A DNA stretch of 64,000 nt from Trueperaceae bacterium (GCA_034521815.1 JAXHLW010000001.1:160001-224000); one strand, 5' to 3'; shown: positions 32,747-45,168, counted from the stretch's first letter. Notes: generated from the letters alone by a model not told the origin. Translations and numbers: made by a program.

Positions 32747-32808
32747 ATGGATGGACCGACGGAACGTGCGGATGGACGGCCGAACCGCTCAGGGCGCGGC
32801 GATGTGCG

Positions 32809-33879
32809 TCAGGACTCGGACAGCACCAGACGGCTCTTGTCGCCCACGGTGAACTGGTGGGTGCTCGGCCGGCGGCCGGCGTTCGTGATCTCGACCTCCT
32901 CGCCGATCAGGCTGGCCTGGATACGGGCTCCGACGTGATGGACCTGGCTCCGCGCGCCGACGACCGCGTACTCGATCTCGGCGTTCTCGAGTCGGACGTC
33001 GTTCCCGAGCGTCGTGAACGGACCGATGTACGCGTCCTGGACCACACAGCCCGCCGCGATCAGGACCGGCCCGAACACGGTGCTGTTCCGGACCGTCGCG
33101 CCCTCCTCGACCACCACGTCACCGACGAGCCGCGCGTCCTCGATGGTCCCCGCGACGTCGCGCCGCAGGCGCAGGAGCTCCAAGCGGTTCGCGTCGAGGA
33201 TGTCCTCCGGCTTGCCGGTGTCCTTCCACCAGCCCTGGACCTCGACCGGCGCGACCAGGAAATCGCGCTCGATCAGGCGCTGGATCGCGTCGGTGATCTG
33301 GTACTCGCCCTTCGCGCCCGGCTCCAAGCCACGGATCGCGTCGTGCACGTTGGCGTCGAAGACGTACACGCCCGCCACCGCGAGGTTGGACGGCGGGTCG
33401 GACGGCTTCTCGACCAGGCCCACCACCCGGCCGCCGTCGAGCTTCGCGACCCCGAAGGCGCGGGGGTCGTCCACGGGCACGAGCGCCAAGACGGCGTTCA
33501 CGCCCTCGTCGGGACGAAACGCGTCGACGAACGGCCGAATGCCGTGCTCGAACAGGTTGTCCGAGAGGTACATCACGAACGGATCGTCGGCCAGGAACTC
33601 GCGCGAGACCTCGACGGCGTGAGCGAGACCCTTCGGGGGGTCCTGCAGCACGTACGTGAACGTCGCTCGGTCGTCGTACGGCTCCAAGGTGCGCTCCAGG
33701 TCGGCATGCGTGTCCGTGGACACCACCACGCCGATCTCGTGCACACCCACGTCCAACAGGTTGTCGACGGCGTAGTGGATCAGCGGACGATTGGCGACGT
33801 TGATGATCGGCTTCGGCCGCAAGCTGGTGATCGGGCGGAGCCGCGTCCCCAGGCCGGCGGCGAGTATCAGACCTTTCAT
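32809..33879 (-). CDS. Glucose-1-phosphate thymidylyltransferase (long form)
   Basis: MKGLILAAGLGTRLRP, GLAHAV, VEKP, WWKDTGKPEDIL, C-terminal beta-helix. Confidence 0.88.
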   Translation of the reverse strand: MKGLILAAGLGTRLRPITSLRPKPIINVANRPLIHYAVDNLLDVGVHEIGVVVSTDTHADLERTLEPYDDRATFTYVLQDPPKGLAHAVEVSREFLADDPFVMYLSDNLFEHGIRPFVDAFRPDEGVNAVLALVPVDDPRAFGVAKLDGGRVVGLVEKPSDPPSNLAVAGVYVFDANVHDAIRGLEPGAKGEYQITDAIQRLIERDFLVAPVEVQGWWKDTGKPEDILDANRLELLRLRRDVAGTIEDARLVGDVVVEEGATVRNSTVFGPVLIAAGCVVQDAYIGPFTTLGNDVRLENAEIEYAVVGARSQVHHVGARIQASLIGEEVEITNAGRRPSTHQFTVGDKSRLVLSES

Positions 33880-33959
33880 GCACCACGCTCCCTCGCCCGA
33901 CGATACCGCAGCGCATCGCCCCGACCGGACGCACGGCCCGCCTCGGATAGCATGCCGAC

Positions 33960-34319
33960 ATGAGCCGCACACGAAGCGACATCCGGCTCTCCGTCGCCAT
34001 GGACGACGGGGGCGTGACCGACATCGAGTGGGAGGCGGACGACGCACCCGACCCCGGCCTTCAGAAGGCGAAGGCGATGCTGCTTTCGTTGTGGGACGCC
34101 GAGGCGCGCAACGCGCTGCGTATCGACCTGTGGACGCAGGACATGACCGTCGAGGACATGAACGACTTCGTGTTCCAGACGCTGCTCACCTTGGGCGACA
34201 CCTACAAGGGCGCGACCGGCGACGCCGAGCTGATGGCCGAGATCAAGCTGTTCGCTCGGGACTTCGCCGAGAAGGCGTCCACCCGCGAACGCGAGCGGCA
34301 GCGGTCGGGCCCGACGTGA
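33960..34319 (+). CDS. gldC: GldC-family protein
   Basis: AKAMLLSLWD...LRIDLWTQDMTVEDM...FQTL...ATGD resembles Bacteroidota GldC as recalled. Confidence 0.75.
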   Translation: MSRTRSDIRLSVAMDDGGVTDIEWEADDAPDPGLQKAKAMLLSLWDAEARNALRIDLWTQDMTVEDMNDFVFQTLLTLGDTYKGATGDAELMAEIKLFARDFAEKASTRERERQRSGPT

Positions 34320-35131
34320 AAATCGCCGTGATCGGGTGCGGCTGGCTGGGGTTGCCGCTGGCCGCCTCGCTGGCGGCAGCGGGCCACGAGGTGAGCGGAA
34401 CGACCACGCGCCCGGGGCGCCTCGCCGAGATCCGGAAGCGCGGCGTCCGCCCGAAGCGGTTGCTGCTGGCCCCCGACGCGGACGGCGTCGTACGGATCAT
34501 TGGGGAGACGGGGATCTCGGACGGCGTCGACCGCGTCGTCGTCGCCGTGTCTCCGTCCGGCGACTACGAGGCGTACCCGAAGGCCATCGCGGCGCTGGCC
34601 GGCGAAGCCGCCCGGCGCGAAGCGGCGCACCTGACGCTCTGTTCGTCCACGGGCGTCTACCCGGGATCGCCAGCGCATCCGTTGGTGCGGGAGGAGGACG
34701 CCTCGCCGTCCGCGTCGGCGCGCGCGGGGCACCTGCTGGCTGCCGAGAAGGCCGTCCGCGACGGCCCTGTCGACGCCACGATCGTCAGGCTGGCGGGCCT
34801 GTGGGGCTACGGACGACACCCAGCGCGAAGTCTGGCGGGACGGACGCTGGACGGTCCGGGGCTGCCCGTCAACCTTCTCCACCGCGACGACGCGATCGCG
34901 GCGATCACGGCCCTGATCCTGCCGACGCCCACCACCGGCACCTTTTCGGTGGCCGCCGAGGAGCACCCGCCCCGCGGCCCCTTCTATACGAGCGAAGCGC
35001 GCCGCCTGGGCCTTGCCGCGCCGACCTTCTCGGGCGCCGCGCGGCCGGGCAAGCGCGTGTCCGCGCAAAAGTTGGCCGATGCCACCGGGTTCCGGGCTCG
35101 CTGGATGCCTGGCGACGCGGACGCGCCCTGA
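34316..35131 (+). CDS. NAD(P)-binding epimerase/dehydratase-like protein (YeeZ-like)
   Basis: IAVIGCGWLGLPLA, SSTGVY, RLAGLWG, PVNLLHRDD; GTGA overlap with gldC. Confidence 0.85.
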   Translation: MKIAVIGCGWLGLPLAASLAAAGHEVSGTTTRPGRLAEIRKRGVRPKRLLLAPDADGVVRIIGETGISDGVDRVVVAVSPSGDYEAYPKAIAALAGEAARREAAHLTLCSSTGVYPGSPAHPLVREEDASPSASARAGHLLAAEKAVRDGPVDATIVRLAGLWGYGRHPARSLAGRTLDGPGLPVNLLHRDDAIAAITALILPTPTTGTFSVAAEEHPPRGPFYTSEARRLGLAAPTFSGAARPGKRVSAQKLADATGFRARWMPGDADAP

Positions 35132-35249
35132 CGCTCGGCCGACGCCTGATCGCCGGACGCTCGCGCGCTCCGGCCCGCGAGGGTCCGTGGCGTCGCCGAG
35201 CGTGGGCCGGCCAGCGGTCCGGTCGACGCCACGACGCTACATTCGGGTC

Positions 35250-36691
35250 ATGCCACCTGTCGTCCGCATCGTCGCGTCGATCCTCGTCCTGGTGTCGCTC
35301 GGCAGCGTCTGGACCGGCGCAGGGGCGCAAGGCGAGCCGGACGCCGGCGCGACGACGCTCGCGAGCGACCTCGCCTTCGTCGCGCCCGACGGACGCCTGG
35401 CGTGGCTGCCCGCGGGAGCGGAGCGGATCCGCCGGCTAGGGTCCGAGGCGGACCGCCACGCGTTCCCCGCCTTCTCCCCGGACGGACGACGCCTGGCCGT
35501 GATCGTGCAGCACGCTTCCGGCGCACGGGCCGTGGTGATGGACCTGGGCCAGGTCGCAGCTGGCGAGCGCGCCAGGCCGTCGGAAGCGGTCTGGTTCGAC
35601 GAGCCGGACGCGCCGGTGATCTACCTGGACTGGGCGGACGACGGCGAATCGCTCCTCCTCCTGGTCGCGGACGCCGGCTCCGGGTTCCGGCTGGTGCGCG
35701 CCGACGAGGACGACCGTCGGACCCTCGCCCGAGGGGCGCCGCTGTATTGGGACCAGCTCTGGGACGGCGGTGTCGTCGTGCACACCGGCGGGCCGAGCGG
35801 GTCACGGCTCACGACGGTGGACGAGGCCGGTCGCGAGACCGGGGAGCTTCCGAGACCGGGAGCGTTCAGGAGCCCGGCGATCTCCCCCAGCGGTCGCTGG
35901 CTCGCGTACGGCAGCGTGGACCTCGGCGGCCGGCGACGCGCCGTCGTCGTTCCGGCGCCGGGCGTCGGGCGCACGGGACCTGGGAGCCCGGGGCTCGGAC
36001 GCCCGGGGTCTGGAAGCCCGGACGTCCTGAGCGCGCTGGGCCACCGCGGGGTCACCGCCTTCGCGTGGCATCCGACGCGTGATCTCCTGGCGCTGACGCG
36101 GCCCCTGAGCGACGTCCCCCACTCGTTCGGACCCCTGGGCGGCCTCGATGCGAGCAGCGGCCGGTTCGAGCCGTGGATCGACGAGCCGGTGGTCGCGTTC
36201 TGGTGGTCGCCGGACGGCCGGCGCATCGCCGTGCTGACCGTCGACGCGCCCGGGGGCGGCACCGTGGCCCGGAGCGACGCCGCACGTCGGGCGACGGTCC
36301 TCGCGTCGACCGGCGCGTCGACCGGCGCGTCGATCCGCACGTCGATCCGCACGTCGGCCCGCGAGCCCGATCTGCCCGGACGCGCCCCGTCGCGACGCCT
36401 CCAGGGCGACGGGGCGCGCTTCCGGCTGGGCATTCTGGACGTCGAGAGCGACGTCACCCGCTGGCTGGCCACGGTGACGCCCAGCCGCACCTTCTTGACC
36501 CAGGAGCTCCCGTTCTTCGATCAGTACGCCAGGAGTCACGCCCGCTGGTCGCCCGACGGCACGCTGTTGGCGCTGTCCGTCCAGAACGCCTCGGGGCGAG
36601 AGTCGGTCTGGATCGTGGACGTCGCGACCGGCACGGTGCGCGACCTGGCGCCCGGGGCCATGCCCGCCTGGCCGCCCGGCCAGCCGCCCGG

Positions 36692-36695
<4 letters not shown>
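35250..36695 (+). CDS. Secreted TolB-like beta-propeller (PD40 repeats)
   Basis: Signal peptide; PAFSPDGRRLA, PAISPSGRWLAY, WWSPDGRRIA, WSPDGTLLA. Confidence 0.75.
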
Positions 36696-37593
<898 letters not shown>

Positions 37594-37597
<4 letters not shown>

Positions 37598-38652
37598 GAG
37601 GGGGTCTCCGCCTCGGGCTGGTGCTGCGTGGCGCAGTGGAACGCCCCGCCTCCGGTGATCAACCCGGTCGCGGGGACGCCGACGACCTCGCGCTCCGTGA
37701 AGACGCCGCGCAGGATCTCCAACGCCTCCGCGTCGCGAGGGTCGTCGTAGGTCGGTACGATCACGCCGCCGTTCACGAGGCAGAAGTTCGCGTAGCTGCG
37801 GGGCGGTCGCACGCCGTTCAGGCGCGAGCGGTCGCTCGGCAACGGTAGATCGACGATCCGGTAGGCCGATCCGTCCACGCGCCGCAGCGCCTCGAGCGTG
37901 GCGCGGTTCGCCCTGAGCGAGGCGAGGTTCTCGGTGTCGTCGGCGTCGGGGCGGACGCAGACGATCGTGTCTTCCGCCGCGAAACGGACCACCGTGTCGA
38001 CGTGCCCGTCGGTGTGGTCGTCGACCAGGCCGCCGACCAGCCAGACGATCCGCGTCGCGCCCAAGCCGTCGCGCATGAGCGAGGTGTAGCCGATCTCGTC
38101 CATGCCACGGTTCCGCACGCCGTCCAGCAGGCAGCTGCGCGTGGTGAGGACGGTTCCGTCGTCGCCCATCTCGATCGCGCCGCCTTCGAGCACCTCGTCG
38201 AACGCGAACCGCCGGACGCCCAGCGCCGCCGCGATCTCGGCGGGGACCCGGTCGTCGAGGTCCGATGCGTACTTGCCGGCCCAGCCGTCGAAGCGCCAGT
38301 CCGTCAGCGCCAGCTTGCCATCGTTTCCGACGACGAACAGGGGACCGTTGTCGCGCAGCCAGACGTCGTTCGAGGGCACGGGGTGGAAACGGACCGCCTC
38401 GTTGGGAACGCCGGCCTGGCGGAGCCGCGTCTCGGCGTCGGTGCGCGCCTCCGCGTCGCGCACGTTCACGACGACCGGCTCGAACCGCGCGATGGCGGCG
38501 ACCATGGCCGTCATGTCGTCGCGGGCGGGCTCCAGCTGGCCTTCCCAGAGCACGTCGTCCGCGGGCCAGGTGGTCCAGGTCGCGGCGTGACGGGCGCGTT
38601 CGACCGGCATGCGGAAGCCCAGCTCGCGAGGGGTGGGGGAGGGTCGGGACAC
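37594..38652 (-). CDS. aguA: Agmatine deiminase
   Basis: DVWLRDNGP, LEGGAIE, DHTDGHVD, SYANF, GGGAFHCATQHQP; AAGGAGG RBS. Confidence 0.92.
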
Positions 38653-38813
38653 GCGGGCCTCCTTCGCTCGGGGCATGCTAGCAGAGCGCCGACGACGGGC
38701 GTCCTTTCGGCGTGCTACCTTGACGCGCCGGTCGGAGTTCGAGCCGGTGCTTCGTCCCCAACTCCTGGCGCGTCCGCGAGAGCCGGACCGTTGCGCCCCC
38801 GCCGAGGTGCCCC

Positions 38814-40724
38814 GTGGCCAAGACTCCATCCCTCGAACCGTTCAGCCCCGCCGACGCCACCGAGCTGTACAACGTCGACGCCTGGTCCAGCGGCTACCTG
38901 CGCGTCGGCGACGACGGCAACCTCCGCGTCCGCGTCGACGGCGCGGAGGCGGCGCTGACCGACATCGTCGCGAGGATCCAGGCGGAGGGCCGTCCGCTCC
39001 CGACGATCCTGCGGTTTCCGCAGATCCTCGAGGATCGCCTGGCTCGCGTCAACGGCGCGTTCGAGAGGGTCATCGCCGAAGCCGGCTACCGCGGCAGCTA
39101 CCAGGGCGTGTACCCGATCAAGGTGAATCAGCGACGGGTCGTCGTGGAGACGCTGGCCGAGGCCGGCGCCCGCTGGCGTACCGGCCTCGAGGCCGGCAGC
39201 AAGGCCGAGCTGGCGCTGATCCTGGTGCAGGACACGCACCCCGCCGCGCTGATCCAGTGCAACGGCTTCAAGGACGACGACTTCGTGCGACTGGCGCTGT
39301 GGGGTCGCAAGCTCGGAAAGAACGTCACGCTGACGCTCGAGAAGGTCGGCGAGCTGGAGCGCGTTCTCCGCATCGCGCGCGAGCTGGACGTCGAGCCCGC
39401 CATCGGCGTGCGCTTCAAGCTGCATGCGCGCGGCAGCGGAGCGTGGGAGTCGTCGGGAGGCGACGACGCCAAGTTCGGTCTCACCGCCAGCGAGCTGCTC
39501 GCGGTCGCCGGTCGCCTTCGGCGCGAGGGGCTGGGCCACACCCTCACCATGCTGCACACGCACGTCGGCAGCCAGGTCACCGACGTGCGCAAGATCCGTG
39601 TCGCCGTGCGCGAGGCGGCCCAGACCTACGTCGAGCTGGTCGAGGCGGGGGTGGCGCCCGTCTACCTGAACCTGGGGGGCGGCCTGGCGGTCGACTACGA
39701 CGGCTCCAAGACGACCTTCCACGCCTCGGCGAACTACGGCCTGCGCGAGTACGCCGAGGCGCTCGTCTATACCGTGATGGAGGTGTGCGACGAGGCGGGG
39801 ACGCCCCATCCCACCTTGGTCACCGAGTCCGGCCGGGCGCTCACCGCGCATCACTCCGTGGTGGTGGCGCCGGTCATCGACGCGATCGGTCGCACGCGCG
39901 ACCCGGTCGAGCTGCCGCCGCTTCCGGACGACCCGCACGCCCTGGTCGGAGACATGGAGGAGCTGCTCGGCGACGTGACCGTCAAGACCTACCGGCAGAC
40001 GTACAACGAGGCGGTCTCGAACAAGGACACCATGCACCAGCTGTTCGACCTCGGCTACCTGAGCCTGGTCGAGCGTGCGCACATCGAGCGCCTGTACAAC
40101 CGCATCCTGGAGCGGATCGCCAAGGTGATCGCCGGGCTGGACTACGTGCCCGAGGAGCTCGAGGACCTTTCGACCTGGCTGGCGGACACCTACGTCGTGA
40201 ACTTCAGCGTGTTCCAGACGTTGCCCGACCACTGGGCGATCGGCGCGCTGTTCCCGGTCATGCCCCTGGCCCGGCTGAACGAGCGGCCCACGCGGCGGGC
40301 CACCCTGGCGGACATCAGCTGCGACAGCGACGGCAAGATCACCAAGTTCATCGACCTGCGCGACGTCGCGGCCACCTTGCCGGTCCACGAGATCCGCGAG
40401 GGCGAGCCGTACCTGCTGGGCTTCTTCCTCACCGGCGCGTACCAGGACGTGCTCGCGAACGCCCACAACCTGTTCGGACGGGTCGCCGAGGCGCACGTGC
40501 GGATCGGCGCGGACGGCGAGATCGTGATCGAGCGCTTCGTCGGCGGGCAGAAAGCCAGGCGCGTGATCGAGAACATGGGCTACGAGACCGAGGAGCTTTT
40601 GGCCTGGCTGGGACAGGAGATCGGCGAGGCCGAGGCGGCGGGCGCCCCGCTGCGCCCGGACGAGGAGGCCGCGCTTCGCGAGCTGTACGGACACGAGCTC
40701 GTCGGCTACACCTACTTCGAATAG
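38814..40724 (+). CDS. speA: Biosynthetic arginine decarboxylase
   Basis: VYPIKVNQ, GLEAGSKAEL, HVGSQ, ESGRAL, ADISCDSDG, GAYQD. Confidence 0.96.
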   Translation: MAKTPSLEPFSPADATELYNVDAWSSGYLRVGDDGNLRVRVDGAEAALTDIVARIQAEGRPLPTILRFPQILEDRLARVNGAFERVIAEAGYRGSYQGVYPIKVNQRRVVVETLAEAGARWRTGLEAGSKAELALILVQDTHPAALIQCNGFKDDDFVRLALWGRKLGKNVTLTLEKVGELERVLRIARELDVEPAIGVRFKLHARGSGAWESSGGDDAKFGLTASELLAVAGRLRREGLGHTLTMLHTHVGSQVTDVRKIRVAVREAAQTYVELVEAGVAPVYLNLGGGLAVDYDGSKTTFHASANYGLREYAEALVYTVMEVCDEAGTPHPTLVTESGRALTAHHSVVVAPVIDAIGRTRDPVELPPLPDDPHALVGDMEELLGDVTVKTYRQTYNEAVSNKDTMHQLFDLGYLSLVERAHIERLYNRILERIAKVIAGLDYVPEELEDLSTWLADTYVVNFSVFQTLPDHWAIGALFPVMPLARLNERPTRRATLADISCDSDGKITKFIDLRDVAATLPVHEIREGEPYLLGFFLTGAYQDVLANAHNLFGRVAEAHVRIGADGEIVIERFVGGQKARRVIENMGYETEELLAWLGQEIGEAEAAGAPLRPDEEAALRELYGHELVGYTYFE

Positions 40725-40757
40725 CGCTCGGCCAGGAGTACGCTGGTGGTGGAGGTG

Positions 40758-41459
40758 ATGCGTGTGAGCGAGGAGCCAGGCACGTCGGAGGCGAAGAACG
40801 TGGAGATCGCTGCAGCCTCGACCGTTTCGCTGCAGGTGTACGGAGAGCTGGTGCTTAGGCAGGGGCCGGCGCCGTCGCTGCGCATCGTCGGCGATCCGGA
40901 GCTGGTCGCCAAGGCGCAGGCCGAGGTGCGCGGCGATACGCTGGAGCTCACGTTGGGCCGCGACTGGATGGACCGGCTCGCGAGCGGCCTGGCGATGCTG
41001 GGCAACCGCACGCTTCGCTACGAGGTCACGCTCCCGGCGCTGCGCCGGATCGAGGTGGCGGGCCGTGGACGGCTGGACCTCGACGGGCTCGACGGGGAGG
41101 CTCTGACCGTGCGGGTCTCGGGACTGGCGGACGGGACGCTGCGCGGGCTCACGCTGGCCTCGCTCGATGTCGAGATCGCCGGCAGGGCCGAGCTGACGCT
41201 GGCGGGTCGCGTGGGCAGCGAGCGTCTGCGCGTGTCCGGCTCTGCGCAGCTGGACGCGTGGGGGCTGAGCGCCGAACGCGCCGAGGTCCGCATCTCCGGT
41301 CACGGCGAGGTGGGGCTCGCGGTCGCGGAGCGGCTCGAAGCGCGCATCACCGGCTACGGGAACGTCACGTACGACGGAGACCCCGTCGTGGATCAGACGG
41401 TCTCCGGCGGGGGGACCGTCCGGCGCGGTGCACGGCCCGACGAGGCTCAGAACCGGTAG
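40758..41459 (+). CDS. GIN/DUF2807 domain protein
   Basis: Repeated V-S-G-x-G beta-helix units ending in ITGYGNVTYDGDP. Confidence 0.75.
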   Translation: MRVSEEPGTSEAKNVEIAAASTVSLQVYGELVLRQGPAPSLRIVGDPELVAKAQAEVRGDTLELTLGRDWMDRLASGLAMLGNRTLRYEVTLPALRRIEVAGRGRLDLDGLDGEALTVRVSGLADGTLRGLTLASLDVEIAGRAELTLAGRVGSERLRVSGSAQLDAWGLSAERAEVRISGHGEVGLAVAERLEARITGYGNVTYDGDPVVDQTVSGGGTVRRGARPDEAQNR

Positions 41460-42196
41460 CGGCCCAGCTCCTCGCCGATGTCGAGCGCGGGCCGGATCCG
41501 GCGAGCGGCCGGGAGCTCGCGAGCCAACGCCTCCGTTCGAGGCAGGTGCACCAGGACCAGACGCTTGGCGTTCGCGCTCCGGGCGGTCTGGGCGGCCTGT
41601 TCGGCGCTGCTGTGGACCGGGCCCTCGCCGGTCGCCTCGTGCAGCAGGAGGTCGGCGTCCCTGGCCAGCTCCGTGATCATGGGCGTCGGCGCCGTATCGC
41701 AGCTGTAGCTCGCGACCCGGCCGCTGGCGCGATCCTCGAACCGCAGCCCGACGACCGGCACGGCGTGCCGGCCTGGCGAGGCCGATACGCGCCAGCCGTG
41801 AGCGTCGAGCACCGTGGCCCCTGGCGCGTGAACGATCTCGTGCTCGGTCCAGCCGGGGTAGCCCTCCCAGCCCGATACGTCGAAGGCGTCGTGGACGCGT
41901 CGAACCTGATCGAGGACCGCTGCGATGGCGTACACCGGGAGCGGGTCGCGGCGGCCCATCAGCCAGAGCCGCTCCATCATCAGCGGGAATCCCGCCACGT
42001 GATCGGCGTGTTCGTGCGTGATCACGACGGCCGCCAACGCGGTCGGGTCGAGCCCCGTCGCTTCCAAGCGCGGGACCACGTCACCGCCGCAGTCCACCAG
42101 CAGCACGCCTCGACCGTTGTCGAGCGCCATCATCGTGGTCGTGCGATCCGGGTCGCTGACGACCGCGCCTGCGCCGAGCAGGTGAAGCGTGGGCAT
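41447..42196 (-). CDS. Metallo-beta-lactamase-fold hydrolase (RNase Z-like)
   Basis: LVDCG, THEHADH, YSCDT, LLHEAT, LVLVH. Confidence 0.85.
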   Translation of the reverse strand: MPTLHLLGAGAVVSDPDRTTTMMALDNGRGVLLVDCGGDVVPRLEATGLDPTALAAVVITHEHADHVAGFPLMMERLWLMGRRDPLPVYAIAAVLDQVRRVHDAFDVSGWEGYPGWTEHEIVHAPGATVLDAHGWRVSASPGRHAVPVVGLRFEDRASGRVASYSCDTAPTPMITELARDADLLLHEATGEGPVHSSAEQAAQTARSANAKRLVLVHLPRTEALARELPAARRIRPALDIGEELGRYRF

Positions 42197-42248
42197 GTGG
42201 ACAGGATAGGGCGTCCCCGCCGCAGATGGCGGACAGGCGTCACGCCGG

Positions 42249-42285
42249 CAGGCGGTGTCAGTACAGGCGGTGTCAGTACAGGCGG
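42249..42285. repeat. 15-bp tandem duplication spanning the csaA stop codon
   Basis: CAGGCGGTGTCAGTA x2 plus a partial copy. Confidence 0.8.
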
Positions 42286-42635
42286 GCGCCGTTCGGCACC
42301 GGTCGCTCGACCGTCGTCAGCACCACGCCGTGCGGCGTGTCGAACCCGGTGATCAGACACTCCGACACGAACGGACCGATCCGACGCGGCGGTACGTTCA
42401 CGAGCGCCACGACCTGCCGGCCGTGAAGGTCCTCGGCGCGATAGAGCTCGGTCAGGCGCGCGCTGGAGGCGCGCACGCCGATCGCGGCCCCGAAGTCCAC
42501 CCACAGCTTCCAGGCGGGCGTGCGGGCCTCGGGGAACGCCTCGACCCGAACGATCGTGCCGACGCGCAGGTCGGCACGGAAGAAGGTGTCCACGTCGGTG
42601 GTCGGAGCCAGCGGGGGGTGGGCGGCGTCGTCCAC
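42273..42635 (-). CDS. csaA: tRNA-binding/chaperone protein CsaA
   Basis: DLRVGTIV, SSARLT, VNVPPRRIGPFVSECLITG, VPNGARL. Confidence 0.88.
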   Translation of the reverse strand: MDDAAHPPLAPTTDVDTFFRADLRVGTIVRVEAFPEARTPAWKLWVDFGAAIGVRASSARLTELYRAEDLHGRQVVALVNVPPRRIGPFVSECLITGFDTPHGVVLTTVERPVPNGARLY

Positions 42636-42639
42636 GGGG

Positions 42640-44487
42640 TCAGTCCCGCCGGCCGGTGCGGGCCCGCGACGGCGCGCGGTCTCGGGGCGTGGATGGGCCG
42701 GGGGAGGCGCCTACGGCACGCTCGCCGGTCTGGACGCGCCAGAGGCCCGCGTACACGCCGTTCCGGTCGAGCAGCTCCTCGTGTCGGCCCGACTCGACCC
42801 GCCGGCCGTGCTCGAGCACGTGGATCACGTCGGCATGGCGGATCGTCGACAGCCTGTGCGCGATGACGACCGTCGTCCGGCCCGCGGTGATGCGCTCCAG
42901 CGAGCGTTGGATGGCCGCCTCGGTCTCGTTGTCGACCGCGCTGGTCGCCTCGTCGAGGATCATGATCGGCGGGTCCTTCAGCAGCGCCCGGGCGATCGAC
43001 AGCCGCTGACGCTGTCCGCCGGACAGCTTCTGTCCCCGCTCGCCGACGACGGTGTCGAACCCGTCCGGCAGCGCACGGACGAACTCCAGCGCCTCCGCGG
43101 CGGCCGCTGCGCGCTCGAGCTCGTCGTCGCTGGCGCCCGGCCGACCCAGCAGCAGGTTGTCGCGCACGGTGCCGTGGAACAGGTAGACGTCCTGGGAGAC
43201 CAGGCCGATCGCGGCCCTCAGCTCGTCGCGCCGGAGATCACGCAGGTCGGTCCCGTCCAACGTCACCGTGCCGGCCTGCGGGTCGTGGAACCGCAGCATC
43301 AGCTTGACCAGCGTCGACTTGCCGGCCCCCGTCGACCCCACCACGGCCGTGGTCCGCCCGGCGGGAACCTCGAGGTCGAGGTCGTGGAGCACGGTGCTCG
43401 AGTCCGGGTAGGCGAAGGTCACGCCGCCGAAGTGGAGCTCGCCGCGCGGGCCTTCGGGCGGCATCGCCACCTGCCCGTCGTGCATCTCGGGTCGCGTGTC
43501 CAGCACCGCGAAGATCCGGCGGGTGGACGCCATCGCTCGCTGGTAGAGGTCGAACGTCTGTCCCAGACGCGTCAGCGGCCAGAGGAGACGCTGCGTCATG
43601 AACACCAGCGTGCTGTAGATGCCGACCGAGATCGTGCCCGCCAGCGCCAAGCGGCCTCCCCACACCAGCGTGGCCATGAACCCCAGCACGATCGCCATCC
43701 GGATCAGCGGCACGAACGCGGACGACAATCGGATCGCGTGCCGGTTGGCGTCCAGGTAGCGGCGGCTCGCCTCGGCGATGCGTCCGGCCTCGCGATCCTC
43801 GGCGGTGAAGCTCTTGATCGCCACGATCCCGCCGAGGTTGTTCGAGAGATCGGCGTTGATCGCGCCGACCTCCTCGCGCACCGCGGCGTAGCGGGGCGCC
43901 ATCCTGCGCTGGAAGCGGAGCGAGCCCCACAGGATCAGCGGGATCGGCAGGAACGCCAGCCAGGCGACGCCGGGCGCGGCGACGAAGAAGAACGCGCCCA
44001 ACAGCACCACGGTCGTGACGAGCTGCAGGATGTCGTTCGCGCCGATGTCCAGGAACCGCTCGAGCTGGTTCACGTCGTCGTTCAGCACGCTCATCAGCCC
44101 ACCCGTGGCGCGCGACTCGAAGAAGCTCATGTCCAGACGCTGGACGTGATCGTACGCTTCGCAACGAAGCTCGTGCTCGAGCGCCTGCGCCAGCTCGCGC
44201 CACTGCACCTGGAACAGGTACTCGGTGATCGACTCCAGCGCCCACACCGCGAACGTCGCCGCGGCCAGCACCCAGAGCTGGCCCGGAGCGTCCAGCCCCA
44301 GCCAGCGCCCCAGCGCCGAGCCGTCGCCGGCGACCACGCTGTCGACCGCCACGCCGATCAGGAACGGGGGCGCAAGGTCGAAGGTCTTGTTCAGAACGCT
44401 GAACAGGGCGGCGCGCACGATCCTGGGGCGGAACCGTCCGGCGTAGCGCCAGAGGCGAAGGAGAGGCGGCACGGAAGCGCTATCCAC
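42640..44487 (-). CDS. ABC exporter (fused permease + ATPase)
   Basis: N-terminal TM domain, [27 protein letters not shown]. Confidence 0.92.
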   Translation of the reverse strand: MDSASVPPLLRLWRYAGRFRPRIVRAALFSVLNKTFDLAPPFLIGVAVDSVVAGDGSALGRWLGLDAPGQLWVLAAATFAVWALESITEYLFQVQWRELAQALEHELRCEAYDHVQRLDMSFFESRATGGLMSVLNDDVNQLERFLDIGANDILQLVTTVVLLGAFFFVAAPGVAWLAFLPIPLILWGSLRFQRRMAPRYAAVREEVGAINADLSNNLGGIVAIKSFTAEDREAGRIAEASRRYLDANRHAIRLSSAFVPLIRMAIVLGFMATLVWGGRLALAGTISVGIYSTLVFMTQRLLWPLTRLGQTFDLYQRAMASTRRIFAVLDTRPEMHDGQVAMPPEGPRGELHFGGVTFAYPDSSTVLHDLDLEVPAGRTTAVVGSTGAGKSTLVKLMLRFHDPQAGTVTLDGTDLRDLRRDELRAAIGLVSQDVYLFHGTVRDNLLLGRPGASDDELERAAAAAEALEFVRALPDGFDTVVGERGQKLSGGQRQRLSIARALLKDPPIMILDEATSAVDNETEAAIQRSLERITAGRTTVVIAHRLSTIRHADVIHVLEHGRRVESGRHEELLDRNGVYAGLWRVQTGERAVGASPGPSTPRDRAPSRARTGRRD

Positions 44488-44621
44488 CCGCCGAGCCTAC
44501 CGCGCGGCCGCGGGTGGCGCCCCGCCGACAGGAGCGCGGTCGGCGTCCGGGACCACACGCGCAGCGACCGTGGAACGGTACCTTGACGCCGACGCGGACC
44601 GAACCGCCGCTTGGAGGCTCC

Positions 44622-45086
44622 ATGATCGATGCAAACACGTTTCGTGACGCACTCGGACGTTTCGCCAGCGGCGTCACGGTGGTCTCGATGGACACCGACG
44701 GCGGGCCCCGCGGCATCACCGTCAACGCGTTCTCGTCTTTGTCGCTCGATCCGCCGCTCGTGGGCGTGGCCATCGACCACCGCGCCGGCGCGCACGGCTC
44801 GCTGGCCCAGGCCGCCCGCTACGGCGTCTCGGTCCTGGCGCGTTCGCAGCAGATTCTGTCCGACCGCTTCGCGGGCCGCGACGTCGAGGTCGAGGTCGGT
44901 TGGGAGCGGCTGGCGGAGGCTCCGGTCGTGCGCGGCGCGCTGGTCCAGCTGTCGTGCGAGATCGTGCAGCGCGTCGTGGTCGGCGATCACACGCTGTTCG
45001 TGGGGCAGGTCGAATCGGCGCTCACGCGGGACGGCGTGCCGCTGCTCTACCACCGCGGAGGCTACGAGGTCGACGGCTGGCGCTGA
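44622..45086 (+). CDS. Flavin reductase family protein
   Basis: FRDALGRFASGVTVV, SLSLDPPLV, GDHTLFVG; GGAGG RBS. Confidence 0.9.
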   Translation: MIDANTFRDALGRFASGVTVVSMDTDGGPRGITVNAFSSLSLDPPLVGVAIDHRAGAHGSLAQAARYGVSVLARSQQILSDRFAGRDVEVEVGWERLAEAPVVRGALVQLSCEIVQRVVVGDHTLFVGQVESALTRDGVPLLYHRGGYEVDGWR

Positions 45087-45168
45087 GCGGGCCGGCCCTA
45101 CCCCTCGCCGGGCCGGACGGCGACGGCGTCACGACGCGAGCCCTCGGCGGCGCGACCCCGAGCGCGCC

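Noticed and set aside
35975-36356. Short in-frame repeats inside the TolB-like gene (GPGSPG-type, ASTG, SIRT)
   Set aside because: Slippage-type low-complexity loop insertions, like those in pepA (DT repeat at about 56551-56590); no evidence of a distinct element
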